Shown piece after piece: positions 31,407 to 40,925 of a stretch of DNA of 64,000 nucleotides. The notes beneath the pieces are model-generated. The model was not told where the DNA came from. It searched no databases and saw nothing but the letters and a program-made list of their open reading frames with translations. Position 1 is the stretch's first letter, and every line of letters starts with the position of its first letter. Made by a program: the position numbers and the translations under genes. Origin of the DNA: Lysobacterales bacterium (lineage in GTDB: Bacteria; Pseudomonadota; Gammaproteobacteria; Xanthomonadales; Xanthomonadaceae); NCBI GenBank assembly GCA_965279425.1, contig OZ257239.1, positions 2,835,541-2,899,540 of the forward strand, written 5' to 3'.

Positions 31407-31994
31407 ATGCGCACCGCCATGCCCCTGCTGACACTAATTTTTGCCGGATGGGCGCTGGTCTTGTCTTCTGACGCAGCCGCGCAAAAAGTCCAGCGCTGCC
31501 AAACCATGTCGGGCGAGACCGTCTACACCGACAAACGCTGCGAAGATATCGGCGCCATGGATCGCCTGCCCAGCACCACCACGGCGGGCTCGGCGGGTTC
31601 GGCGCTTTACCGCAGTGGTTGCTCGCGCACACTCAGCGATCTGGTCTACCAGATCACGGCCGCGGTGGAAAACAAGGACGTCAACCGCCTGGCCAGCGTG
31701 TACCAGTGGAGCGGCGTCTCGAACGCCGCCGCCAACAACATCCTCAACCGGCTGGAAGCAATCGTGCAGCGCCCACTCATGGACATCGTGCCCGTACGCC
31801 CGGCACCAGCGCCTATCCTGGATGAGAATGGCGTGGTGGTGGACGCGAACGTGGACGGCTACTACCCGCAGACCGCAGCACCGCAGCGTCCGGTGGCACT
31901 CAGGCTGGAACAGACTCTCGCCAACGGCAGCACGCCCTCGCAGACGGTGTTCGGCCTGCGCCGCAGCTACAAGTGCTTCTGGATCACTCTGTAG
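31407..31994 (+). CDS. Exported protein with DUF4124-like N-terminus
   Basis: Signal peptide, then VQRCQTMSGETVYTDKRC. Confidence 0.7.
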   Translation: MRTAMPLLTLIFAGWALVLSSDAAAQKVQRCQTMSGETVYTDKRCEDIGAMDRLPSTTTAGSAGSALYRSGCSRTLSDLVYQITAAVENKDVNRLASVYQWSGVSNAAANNILNRLEAIVQRPLMDIVPVRPAPAPILDENGVVVDANVDGYYPQTAAPQRPVALRLEQTLANGSTPSQTVFGLRRSYKCFWITL

Positions 31995-32003
31995 CGGCGC
32001 CCC

Positions 32004-32095
32004 TGTAGGATCTGCGTAAGCTGCGACCCGCCTTCCCGCCATCCGTAAACGACCAATCTGGACAGTGTGTGGTCGCAGCTTGCGCAGCTCCTACA
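32004..32095. repeat. Inverted REP pair
   Basis: TGTAGGATCTGCGTAAGCTGCGA ... TCGCAGCTTGCGCAGCTCCTACA. Confidence 0.75.
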
Positions 32096-32150
32096 GGCCA
32101 CAAGCGTGCCGGGTTGCTGGCACAATGGCTTCGCAATCACGGAGTCCTCC

Positions 32151-33062
32151 ATGAAATTCCCCGAGAAAATCTGGCATAACGGCGTCATCAAGCCCTGGGC
32201 CGAAGCCACCACCCACGTCATGGCCCATGCCATCCACTACGGCTCGTCTGTGTTCGAAGGCATCCGCGCCTACGAGACGCCGAAGGGCACGGCGATCTTT
32301 CGCCTCAACGACCACAACAAGCGATTGTTCCAGTCGGCGAAGATCTACGACATCGAGATTCCCTTCACACTCGATGAAATCAACAACGCATGCCGCGATA
32401 TCGTTCGGGTCAACAACCTGAGAAAGGCCTACTTGCGCCCGATCGTGTTCCGCGGCTACGGCGGCGTAGGCATCGCGGCGGACACGCCGATCGATGTGGC
32501 GGTGGCGGCGATGGAGTTCGGCCGTTATCTGGGCGAAGACGGCATGGAGAACGGCATTGATGCCTGCGTTTCCAGTTGGCAACGGTTCGCGCCCAACACC
32601 CTGCCCGCGGGCGCCAAGGCCGGCGGCAACTACCTGTCCGGCCAACTGGTGACGCGCGAGGCGCGCCGGCATGGTTACGGCGAAGGTATTGCCTTGGCTT
32701 CGACCGGGCTGCTCAGCGAAGGCGCTGGCGAGAATCTGTTCCTGGTCTTCGAAGGCGCCCTGCATACCACGCCCGCCAGCGCCTCGTTGCTGGCCGGCAT
32801 CACCCGCAATTCCATCATCCGGCTGGCACGCGACAACGGCATCGAAGTGGTGGAACGCGATATTCCGCGCGAATACCTCTACCTGTGCGATGAACTGTTG
32901 ATGTGCGGCACGGCGGCAGAAATCACGCCTTTGCGTTCAGTAGATGGCAAGCCAGTCGGCGATGGCAAACCAGGGCCCGTCACCAAGAAAATCCAGGACC
33001 TCTTCTTCGGGCTCTTTGAAGGTCGCACCGAAGACAAGCACGGCTGGCTGGATTACCTGTAG
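32151..33062 (+). CDS. ilvE: Branched-chain amino acid aminotransferase
   Basis: HYGSSVFEGIRAY, AKAGGNY (PLP Lys), EGAGENLF, LAGITR, GTAAE. Confidence 0.96.
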   Translation: MKFPEKIWHNGVIKPWAEATTHVMAHAIHYGSSVFEGIRAYETPKGTAIFRLNDHNKRLFQSAKIYDIEIPFTLDEINNACRDIVRVNNLRKAYLRPIVFRGYGGVGIAADTPIDVAVAAMEFGRYLGEDGMENGIDACVSSWQRFAPNTLPAGAKAGGNYLSGQLVTREARRHGYGEGIALASTGLLSEGAGENLFLVFEGALHTTPASASLLAGITRNSIIRLARDNGIEVVERDIPREYLYLCDELLMCGTAAEITPLRSVDGKPVGDGKPGPVTKKIQDLFFGLFEGRTEDKHGWLDYL

Positions 33063-33085
33063 CCAGCCAGGTCAGCAATATGCCC

Positions 33086-33156
33086 TTGTAGAGCCGAGCT
33101 TGCTCGGCTGCTCTGAGTCTTTCGCCAATAGCAGCCGAGCAAGCTCGGCTCTACAA
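33086..33156. repeat. Inverted REP pair (GTAGAGCCG type)
   Basis: TTGTAGAGCCGAGCTTGCTCGGCTGC ... GCAGCCGAGCAAGCTCGGCTCTACAA. Confidence 0.85.
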
Positions 33157-33171
33157 CATATAGGCGCTGAG

Positions 33172-34503
33172 TCAGTCGGTGGTGAATTTCAACGTAGCGA
33201 CAACGCCACGTTCCGCACCCGGCCGCACGCCCACCTGCCAGCCATAAAGTTCGCAAAGCCGACTGACGATGGACAAGCCGATACCCCCGCCTTGCGAATG
33301 ACCGGCATGGGTACCGCGGTATCCGCGCTCGAACAGACGCGCCGCATCTTCCGGGCTCAAGCCAGGACCCGAGTCGATCACCTCAACGCTGTCCGGGAAC
33401 AGACGCACCACAACATCGCCCTCAAGCGTGTATTTGACGGCATTGCCGATCAGATTGCCGAGCGCAACCGACACCGCCGATTCCGGCGCATCCACAGTCA
33501 AGCCGCTCTCGCCTTCCATGCGCAGCGTCAATGGCTTGCTGCCCAGCTGCGCGCGATGCGCGTCAAGCAATTGCTCAGCGACCCGTGCCACCAGGGTATT
33601 GCCCTGCCCGCGCTCGTTGCGCGATAGCAACAGCAAAGAGCCGATCAGGTCGGTGCATTGCTGCTCCGCGCGCTGGATGCGCAGCAGCCTTTGCTGGACC
33701 TTCTCATCCAGGTTGGGTCTTGCCAGCAGCAACTCGGTAGCTCCACGGATCACGGCCAACGGCGTTCGCAACTCATGGCTGACATCGGCATTGAACTCAC
33801 GGTCGCGCTGCACGACTTCGGTCAAACGACCTGAGTAATCGTCCAGGGCCTTGGCGAGCTCACCGACTTCGTCTTCAGGGAAGTGGGTGGCGAGCGGCTT
33901 AGGATTACTGCTGCCTCGATATGCCCGCAACCTTGCTGCGAGTTCGGAGACCGGACTCATAACCCGGGAAGCAGCCCACCATCCGACCACCAAGGAAAGT
34001 CCGCTGAACAGCAGGACAGACAGATAGATCGCACGCATGAATTGCCGTTGTCCACCTGCAGTTTCCGAGATGTCGTAAGCAAGAAAAAACCACGCATCCG
34101 GTGTTTTGCGAACTGCGAGCTTGTAGATGAAAGGCTCACCGCTCTCATCAATATCGGAAATATTGTGATTTCCGTTTGGCAAATTAGCCCATTCGGGGCG
34201 TTCGATCCGCACGCGCTCGAACTTGTCCGGGGTGAATACGAAAGCCCGGATTTGTTGCAACGGGAGATCTGGATTTTTAGCTGGATTATCGTAGAAGCGC
34301 CGGGCGTATTCGTCGATGTTCCGATTCATGACGTCCTCGACCAGCTGATTTTCTACCCGCTGACGCGTGTAATCAGTCAGATATGCGAAGAGCGCAGTCA
34401 GCCCTGTTCCTAGAAAAAAGAACGAAAGAATGATGCGCGTACGAAGCCGCCGCCGGAAACGCAGTTGCCGACGGCTTGAATGGCGACTACCTGTTTCAGG
34501 CAT
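33172..34503 (-). CDS. Sensor histidine kinase (ColS-like)
   Basis: Two TM segments, HAMP region, H box SHELRTPL, NLIGNAVKY, DSGPG, GGIGLSIV. Confidence 0.92.
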   Translation of the reverse strand: MPETGSRHSSRRQLRFRRRLRTRIILSFFFLGTGLTALFAYLTDYTRQRVENQLVEDVMNRNIDEYARRFYDNPAKNPDLPLQQIRAFVFTPDKFERVRIERPEWANLPNGNHNISDIDESGEPFIYKLAVRKTPDAWFFLAYDISETAGGQRQFMRAIYLSVLLFSGLSLVVGWWAASRVMSPVSELAARLRAYRGSSNPKPLATHFPEDEVGELAKALDDYSGRLTEVVQRDREFNADVSHELRTPLAVIRGATELLLARPNLDEKVQQRLLRIQRAEQQCTDLIGSLLLLSRNERGQGNTLVARVAEQLLDAHRAQLGSKPLTLRMEGESGLTVDAPESAVSVALGNLIGNAVKYTLEGDVVVRLFPDSVEVIDSGPGLSPEDAARLFERGYRGTHAGHSQGGGIGLSIVSRLCELYGWQVGVRPGAERGVVATLKFTTD

Positions 34504-35173
34504 CCGGCGCAGCGATCCGATAGCCAATGCCATGGCGGGTCTGGATGAACGGCGTATCGAACGGCTTGTCGACTACCGCGCGCAGGCCATGGATATGCAC
34601 GCGCAGGGAATCCGAATCGGGCAGTTCTTCACCCCACACCCGCGTTTCCAGTTCCTGACGCGTGACTACTGCCGGTGAGGCTTCCATTAAGGCCTGCAGA
34701 ATCTTCAGTGCGGTCGGATTGAGCTGCAGCAGCTTGCCCTGGCGACGCACTTCGAGGGTGTCAAGGTTGTATTCCAGCTCACCCACCTCCAGCACCCGCG
34801 TCTGCACGCCCTTGCCACGACGCGACAGTGCATTCAGCCGCACTTCGACTTCCTGCAAGGCGAACGGCTTGATCAGATAGTCGTCCGCACCGGAATCGAA
34901 CCCGGCCAACTTGTTGTCCAACGTGTCCCGCGCCGTCAGCATCAGTACCGGCGTCTGCTTGCGCGCTTCGTTGCGCAGCTTGCGGCAGACTTCCAGGCCA
35001 TCCATGCCTGGAAGGTTCAGGTCCAGCACGATGGCATCGAAGTCATGCACCACCGCCAGATGCAGACCGGTCACGCCGTCGGCCGCGAAATCCACGGTAT
35101 GCCCGCGATCCTCAAGGTAATCCCCAAGGTTGGCCGCGATGTCGCTGTTGTCTTCGATAACCAGAATTCGCAT
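34496..35173 (-). CDS. OmpR-family response regulator (ColR-like)
   Basis: RILVIEDN, LDLNLPGMDG, LTARD, DDYLIKPF, winged HTH RHGIGY. Confidence 0.95.
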   Translation of the reverse strand: MRILVIEDNSDIAANLGDYLEDRGHTVDFAADGVTGLHLAVVHDFDAIVLDLNLPGMDGLEVCRKLRNEARKQTPVLMLTARDTLDNKLAGFDSGADDYLIKPFALQEVEVRLNALSRRGKGVQTRVLEVGELEYNLDTLEVRRQGKLLQLNPTALKILQALMEASPAVVTRQELETRVWGEELPDSDSLRVHIHGLRAVVDKPFDTPFIQTRHGIGYRIAAPDA

Positions 35174-35310
35174 CAATTACTCCAAGTAAAAAAACAACAG
35201 CAACAGCACCTGATAACCGGTGAAACCGACTGCTGTAAAGGTCAAACTTTGTTCATCCGCCTTAAGACCCGAGGATTTACCCAAGTAGATTATTGCCAGC
35301 GGATAGCAAA

Positions 35311-35781
35311 TCAAGGTTCAAGGGGCATAATGCTCCTTTGGTTTTTCCGTAGCTCATCCTGCGACTGCTCCGTTGCGCGCCTGCGCTCCGCGACCGTAGC
35401 GCACTGGGTCGTGACACGGTTCGAGCCGACTTTCTTTTCGCGCCTGCAGACCAGTCTGCTGTCTTCACCAGCCTTGGTCAGGATGTTGTTGATCTGCTCC
35501 TGATCGTTGAACATCTGGGTTCTGTCTTCCCAGGAGAGGCGTTCGACGCTACCGTAGGTTTGAAAAAGACTGGAGATCCGATCCAGCGCCCGATGCACGG
35601 TAATACGCTCTTCCGAACTGATTTCACTATACGTTTCACTGTCCGCAAAGTCGGCCTCAATGGCCTTCCTTTGCTCTGCGAAGCCACCCGCGGCCAGGTC
35701 CATCGCCGCCCCTTTAACTGTCGCGGATACTGGGTCGCTGACCATAGCCAGTAACAAGCATATGAATAGCAATCTGAACAT
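35311..35781 (-). CDS. Exported hypothetical protein
   Basis: Signal peptide and CRREKKVGSNRVTTQC Cys pair. Confidence 0.65.
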   Translation of the reverse strand: MFRLLFICLLLAMVSDPVSATVKGAAMDLAAGGFAEQRKAIEADFADSETYSEISSEERITVHRALDRISSLFQTYGSVERLSWEDRTQMFNDQEQINNILTKAGEDSRLVCRREKKVGSNRVTTQCATVAERRRATEQSQDELRKNQRSIMPLEP

Positions 35782-36119
35782 GAGTGCGCTCCAACAATGA
35801 TTAGATGAAATTCCTTAGCCATTCCGCCCATCAACAAGCGGAACGGCCTCCGCGTCCTTCGCGGAGGCCAGTTGATTCTGGCATAGGGAATGGCGCCTGT
35901 CCTCGTCGCAGCACCAGTAAAAAGGCCCGGTCGGACTGCATCCGGCGGGGCCAAAAGTTTACCCGATTACCGTAATTCCGCCTCAGGGCTGACGTCCCCG
36001 GAAAAGCGCAGAGCTGCGGTCGAGCAAAGCTACGCCGTGGCTGATTAAAGCCCTGTTAAAGCATAGCCCACCGTTTCCCACGCAGCTCATAAAATTTATA
36101 AGCTATTGATTAATATATT

Positions 36120-36998
36120 TTATTTCCATATGTTGGCGCTTACTTGGTCGATTATCAATCCCGCTACATGCTGCCCGCAGACCTGCTCAATCCCCTCCAG
36201 TCCCGGGGTCGAATTGACCTCCAGCACCAGCGGCCCACGCTGGGCCCGGATCAGGTCAACGCCTGCCAGACTGAGTCCCAGGCTATGGGCTGCACGGATG
36301 GCCACGTCCTTTTCTGCGGGGCTCGCTTCCACCCGCTCCGCGGTCCCGCCGCGGTGCAGGTTGGAGCGAAAGTCGCCCTCGGGGGCCTGACGGCGCATTG
36401 AAGCCACCACCTGGTCGCCGACCACGAAGCAACGCAGGTCAGCGCCTTGCGCCTCGCCGATGAACTCCTGGACCACGAAGTTGGCGTAGAGGCCCCGCAG
36501 CGCCTCGACCACGCTGCGTGACGCCGAAGGCTTTTCGGTCAGCATCACGCCAGCCCCCTGGGTGCCTTCGTTGAGCTTGATGACATGCGGCGGCGGGCCC
36601 AGCATCGACAGCAGGTCGACCGTGTCGTCGGGGTTGTCCCCGAATACCGTGATCGGCATGTCGATGCCCTGGGCCGCCAGCAACTGGTGGGCGCGCAGCT
36701 TGTCGCGCGCGCGCAGGATGGCATCGGACGGGTTGGGGGTGTAGCTGCCCATCAGCTCGAGCTGGCGCAGGACGGCGGTGCCATAGCGGGTAATGGACGC
36801 GCCGATGCGCGGGATGACCGCGTCGTAGCCGGCGATGGGCTTGCCCTTGTAGTGCATGCTGAAGCCATCGCTGGCGATGCGCATATAGCACCGCAGCGGA
36901 TCCAGCACCCGCACGGTATGGCCGCGCTTCCGTGCCGCTTCCACCAGGCGCCGGGTGGAATACAGCTTGCTGTTGCGCGAGAGGATGGCGAGTTTCAT
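36120..36998 (-). CDS. rimK: RimK-family ATP-grasp alpha-L-glutamate ligase
   Basis: [48 protein letters not shown]. Confidence 0.93.
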   Translation of the reverse strand: MKLAILSRNSKLYSTRRLVEAARKRGHTVRVLDPLRCYMRIASDGFSMHYKGKPIAGYDAVIPRIGASITRYGTAVLRQLELMGSYTPNPSDAILRARDKLRAHQLLAAQGIDMPITVFGDNPDDTVDLLSMLGPPPHVIKLNEGTQGAGVMLTEKPSASRSVVEALRGLYANFVVQEFIGEAQGADLRCFVVGDQVVASMRRQAPEGDFRSNLHRGGTAERVEASPAEKDVAIRAAHSLGLSLAGVDLIRAQRGPLVLEVNSTPGLEGIEQVCGQHVAGLIIDQVSANIWK

Positions 36999-37434
36999 TA
37001 CTGGCTTGGATAGCAGTGGGGGCGACAGCATGCCATGGGTGCTTTGAACGGGCATGACGGTCCAGGCGGCTTTAGGGAGTCGGGCGTCGCCCCTCTCTAT
37101 TGGCCGCCTACGGACAATCGTAGAGCGGACATTGCCCGCCGAACGGGCTTATGACGGTTCGCGGCAGGCCACGCCGGGCCCTGCCGTTTACGGAGTCATA
37201 CCCGGCCAGACCTGTCTGTGGCTCCGAATGGATTCTGTTGCGATCAAGTCCAGCGGAAATCGGTTTTCTGGGCGCTTGGGATGACATCCAGCTTGTTTAG
37301 AGCCCCAACAAGCCCCTAGACGGCTGCACCGTAAATTTTTCACATACTGGACCGGCCATTTATGGAGCGCTGAATCGCCTCACGCTGAGCTATGCTCACA
37401 AAGCTGACATCGGGCACATTAACGGCTGAGAAAA

Positions 37435-38073
37435 ATGCAGGACACGAGCGCCAACCTCCTCTCCAAAGAGCTGCTCGCACAGCTGATGCTTCGGGGCGGC
37501 ATGAAAGGCTACGCCAAGAACGAGATCCTGATTACCGAGGGCGATACGTCCGATGCCCTCTTCATTCTAGTTTCGGGCCAAGTGAAAGTATTCACCCGGG
37601 ACTCGAGAGGACGCGAGGTCGTCTACAACATCCTTCAGCCAGGCGAACTCTTCGGGGAGATGTTCCTGGATGGCGGCACGCGATCCGCATCGGTGAAAGC
37701 GACCGCAGAATCGCAATGCATCCTCATCGATGACACCCAGATCCAGGAGCTGATCAAGGCCTACCCCGAACTTGCGGAATGCCTGATCCAGAGCCTTATC
37801 GCGCGCTTGCGGCATGCCACCCAGATGATTAAGAGCCTGGTACTCAACGATGTCTACGAGCGGACCACCGCGCTGCTCAACCAGGTCGCCCTGACCGAAG
37901 GCGATACCCGCATTGTCCCGCCCTCGATGACCCAGCAGGAAATCGCCGACCGCGTCGGCGCCACCCGCGAAATGATCAATCATGTGCTGGGGGAACTCAT
38001 GAAAGGCGGCTTCGTTTCCCGGGATGAAAAGCGGCAACTCGTATTCACCAAGAGTCTGCCGACGCGTTGGTAA
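37435..38073 (+). CDS. Crp/Fnr family transcriptional regulator
   Basis: cNMP pocket GELFGEM..RSASV and HTH MTQQEIADRVGATRE. Confidence 0.9.
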   Translation: MQDTSANLLSKELLAQLMLRGGMKGYAKNEILITEGDTSDALFILVSGQVKVFTRDSRGREVVYNILQPGELFGEMFLDGGTRSASVKATAESQCILIDDTQIQELIKAYPELAECLIQSLIARLRHATQMIKSLVLNDVYERTTALLNQVALTEGDTRIVPPSMTQQEIADRVGATREMINHVLGELMKGGFVSRDEKRQLVFTKSLPTRW

Positions 38074-38120
38074 CCGCCCACTCGGAAACCGGAACGACCT
38101 GACTTAGCCGACACCAAAAA

Positions 38121-39734
38121 TCAGGGTGCAACCGCTTTCTGATCGTTTGAAGGCGTGAACAACAAGTCCTGATAGTCGTAACTGAAATCGGCGAGCGGCG
38201 AAACCGGCTTCATGGTGATGCGCGCGACCTTGCCTTCCGCGTCCAGCGCGAAGGTGACGTAGGCCGGCTCTATCGAACTGTCGTCCCATTCCGTACGGAA
38301 CGTGTCGTATTGCCAATGAGTGAGTGTTCCGGCCATATTCGGCGTCTGCAGGAAGTCGATGCGCAGTTTCCCCGAACGCTCGCTGATCTCGACAGGTCCA
38401 TACCAGGCATCGACATAGCGGCCTGCGTAGCCCGGAGCAACCAGCGAAGGACGCGACGTCTTGCGAACTCCCTTCCCCGTAGCCTGCAATGCCGCCAGAC
38501 CGCCGTCAAGACGCTGCCGGTTCCAGGTATCGAATGCCGCAACCCAGTCGCGCGGCGCGAAGCCCAGATAGTGATCGAGCAATTCGTAACCCAGTCCGCG
38601 CATCACGCCGACGTCTTCCGAATTGATCTGCAGCGAAATGCCCAGGTTCCGCTCCGGCACCATCACGATAAAGGTCAGCACGCCGAAGACGGCGCCGCCA
38701 TGCTGGATGACCTTGATGCCGCGATAGTCCTGCACGTTCCAGCCCAGCGCGTAGCTTGAGAACTGCGGAGTGATGTCGGTGATCGGCGCTGGATAGGCAT
38801 TGATCGGGACCGGCACCTGCGGGGTCCACATCGCCTGTGCGGAAGCGTCGCTATACAGGCGCTTGCCATCGCTGCCAGGCAGGGCGCCATGCGCCAGCTG
38901 TATCTGCATCCAGCGGGCCAGATCATTCGCGCTTGAAGACAGACCGCCAGCCGCTGCACCGACTTGACCCAGGCCCTCGCGCTCCGGCAATACCTGCTGC
39001 GGCCCCAGTCCACGCAGGCGCGGATCGAGCCGCGCATGCGGCTGCGCGCGGTTCGGGTTGGCGAAGCGATCCTTCTCATCGCTGACCGAGCTGGTCATGC
39101 CCGCGGGCTCGAACATGCGTTCGCGCATGAAACTTTCCCAGTCCTGCCCGCCGGCTGCGGCAATCACCTCGCCCGCAACGATGTACAGGATGTTGTCGTA
39201 GGCGTAGTTGCTGCGGAAGCTGGTCGCCGGTTTAAGATTGCGCAGCGCGCGTACGATGTCGGCGCGGCTGCGCGAACTACGCGGAATAAAAAGCAGGTCG
39301 CCTGCCCCGAGTCCCAGGCCGCTGCGATGGACCAGCAGATCGCGCACCGTCATCTCCCGCGTGACCCAGGCGTCATACATGCGGAAATCCGGCAGGTGGT
39401 CGATGACCTTGTCGTCCCAGTCCAGCTTGCCTTCATCCACCAGGATCGCCAGCGCAGCGGCGGTAAAGGCCTTGCCGGTGGAGCCGGTGGGGAAGATGGT
39501 GTCGGCATCGACCGCGTCGGGCTCACCCAGCTTGCGTACCCCATAACCCTTGGCATGCACGATCTTTCCCTGTTCGACGATGGCGATGGCCATGCCGGGC
39601 ACGCCGTGCTCGCGGATCGCCTGGTCCACACGCGCGTCGAAATCGGGCGGCGGCGCGGCCAGTGCGACAGTGACCCATGCAAGGGCAGTGACGACGATCA
39701 GCAGCCGCAGCCATTTAGAAATCGAAACCATCAT
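38121..39734 (-). CDS. Exported serine hydrolase (beta-lactamase/PBP fold with DUF3471-like C-terminus)
   Basis: Signal peptide; GSTGK (SxxK), YDN, HGG; C-terminal YAGRYVDAWYG..LTHWQYDTF. Confidence 0.9.
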   Translation of the reverse strand: MMVSISKWLRLLIVVTALAWVTVALAAPPPDFDARVDQAIREHGVPGMAIAIVEQGKIVHAKGYGVRKLGEPDAVDADTIFPTGSTGKAFTAAALAILVDEGKLDWDDKVIDHLPDFRMYDAWVTREMTVRDLLVHRSGLGLGAGDLLFIPRSSRSRADIVRALRNLKPATSFRSNYAYDNILYIVAGEVIAAAGGQDWESFMRERMFEPAGMTSSVSDEKDRFANPNRAQPHARLDPRLRGLGPQQVLPEREGLGQVGAAAGGLSSSANDLARWMQIQLAHGALPGSDGKRLYSDASAQAMWTPQVPVPINAYPAPITDITPQFSSYALGWNVQDYRGIKVIQHGGAVFGVLTFIVMVPERNLGISLQINSEDVGVMRGLGYELLDHYLGFAPRDWVAAFDTWNRQRLDGGLAALQATGKGVRKTSRPSLVAPGYAGRYVDAWYGPVEISERSGKLRIDFLQTPNMAGTLTHWQYDTFRTEWDDSSIEPAYVTFALDAEGKVARITMKPVSPLADFSYDYQDLLFTPSNDQKAVAP

Positions 39735-39754
39735 GAACTCTCCAACACGGTTCG

Positions 39755-40870
39755 CTAACTGAAATCGGAATCGATGCGCTTCGGACGGCGCCACAACAGC
39801 CAGACGCCCCAGGTCATCAACGGGAGCACATACACCAGCAGGAACAGCCAGGTCAGCGTGCCGTAACCCTTGGCGATCAGATCGACCAGACCGACCGCGC
39901 TGGCGGCATATACGGCGAGCAGCATCACAATGACCGCCAGCGCCGGACGCAGCGACTGCGGCATGGGTTTTTGCCGCTCCTCGAAGGCCTTGGCCACGCG
40001 CTCGTTGATCGCATGCAACAGCGCCACGCCGGTGTCCACCAGGGTCAGCAGCACGGCGATCTGGAAAACCCATTCGAACCAAGGCGCCTGCAGCTTGGCC
40101 AGCAGGAACGCCGAAGGCAGCGCTTCGGCGCCGATCTCGTTGTAGTAGCCCATCATCGCGATGTAGAACACCACGCCCGGCAGCATGCCTAGCGGACCGG
40201 CGAGCGCGCCGGCAGCGAGCGTCTCGCGACGGCTGCGCAGATGGCGGATGCAGAACAGCACCGCCGGAATGGTGGCGACGTTGTACCCGGCGTAGGTGAT
40301 GCCCGCGGTGAACCAGCCGTCGGAAACAGGCACCGCCGCGAAGTTGGTTTCGATGCGGTCGCCGAACGCGATCACGCTCCACACCAGGAAGACGAAATAC
40401 ACCAGGTAGAGATAGCCCACCGACACGGTGAGGAACTTCTCGATCGCCGCGCTACTGCAGACCAGCATCAACCCGGTGGCGGCGATCATGCCCAGCGAAC
40501 CGGCCAGCTTCGGCAGGCCGAACAGGCTGTGCGCGATCTCGCCCGCAGCCGCGCCCATCACCGCCAGGATGATGATGATCAGCGCGAAGTAGCCGATCTC
40601 GAACAGGAACCAGCCACGGCCGAGCAGCACCTGGAAAAACGAACGATAGTCGTAGGCGCGCGCGACGCGGGCCAGTTCGAAACTGACCATCAGCACCAGG
40701 CTCCAGACCAGCATGCTGACCACCATGCCCAACAGACCACCCCAAGGCCCCGCCGGCAGGAAGAATTCCACCAGTTCGCGCCCGGTGGCGTAGCCGCCCG
40801 CGATCACCGCCGCCTGGAACACGAATCCCGGCAGCAGGTAGCGCTGGAACCAGGTGGCTTTCGCAGTCAT
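39755..40870 (-). CDS. YkvI-like polytopic membrane protein (putative amino-acid transporter)
   Basis: AVIAGGYATGRELVEFF motif and about 10 hydrophobic segments. Confidence 0.75.
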   Translation of the reverse strand: MTAKATWFQRYLLPGFVFQAAVIAGGYATGRELVEFFLPAGPWGGLLGMVVSMLVWSLVLMVSFELARVARAYDYRSFFQVLLGRGWFLFEIGYFALIIIILAVMGAAAGEIAHSLFGLPKLAGSLGMIAATGLMLVCSSAAIEKFLTVSVGYLYLVYFVFLVWSVIAFGDRIETNFAAVPVSDGWFTAGITYAGYNVATIPAVLFCIRHLRSRRETLAAGALAGPLGMLPGVVFYIAMMGYYNEIGAEALPSAFLLAKLQAPWFEWVFQIAVLLTLVDTGVALLHAINERVAKAFEERQKPMPQSLRPALAVIVMLLAVYAASAVGLVDLIAKGYGTLTWLFLLVYVLPLMTWGVWLLWRRPKRIDSDFS

Positions 40871-40925
40871 TGCGCACACAAGTGCATGGCGACCCTATCC
40901 ATGGCGGAATAGTGGCCAAGGTTCT

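Noticed and set aside
37295-37320. GTTTAGAGCC resembling a type II CRISPR repeat start
   Set aside because: Single occurrence, no spacers, no cas genes
39735-40382. 218-aa N-terminal extension of the 38121 ORF, and similar extensions of gcvT, ilvE, the epimerase and the deacylase
   Set aside because: They overlap neighbouring genes; internal starts with RBS and signal peptides fit better
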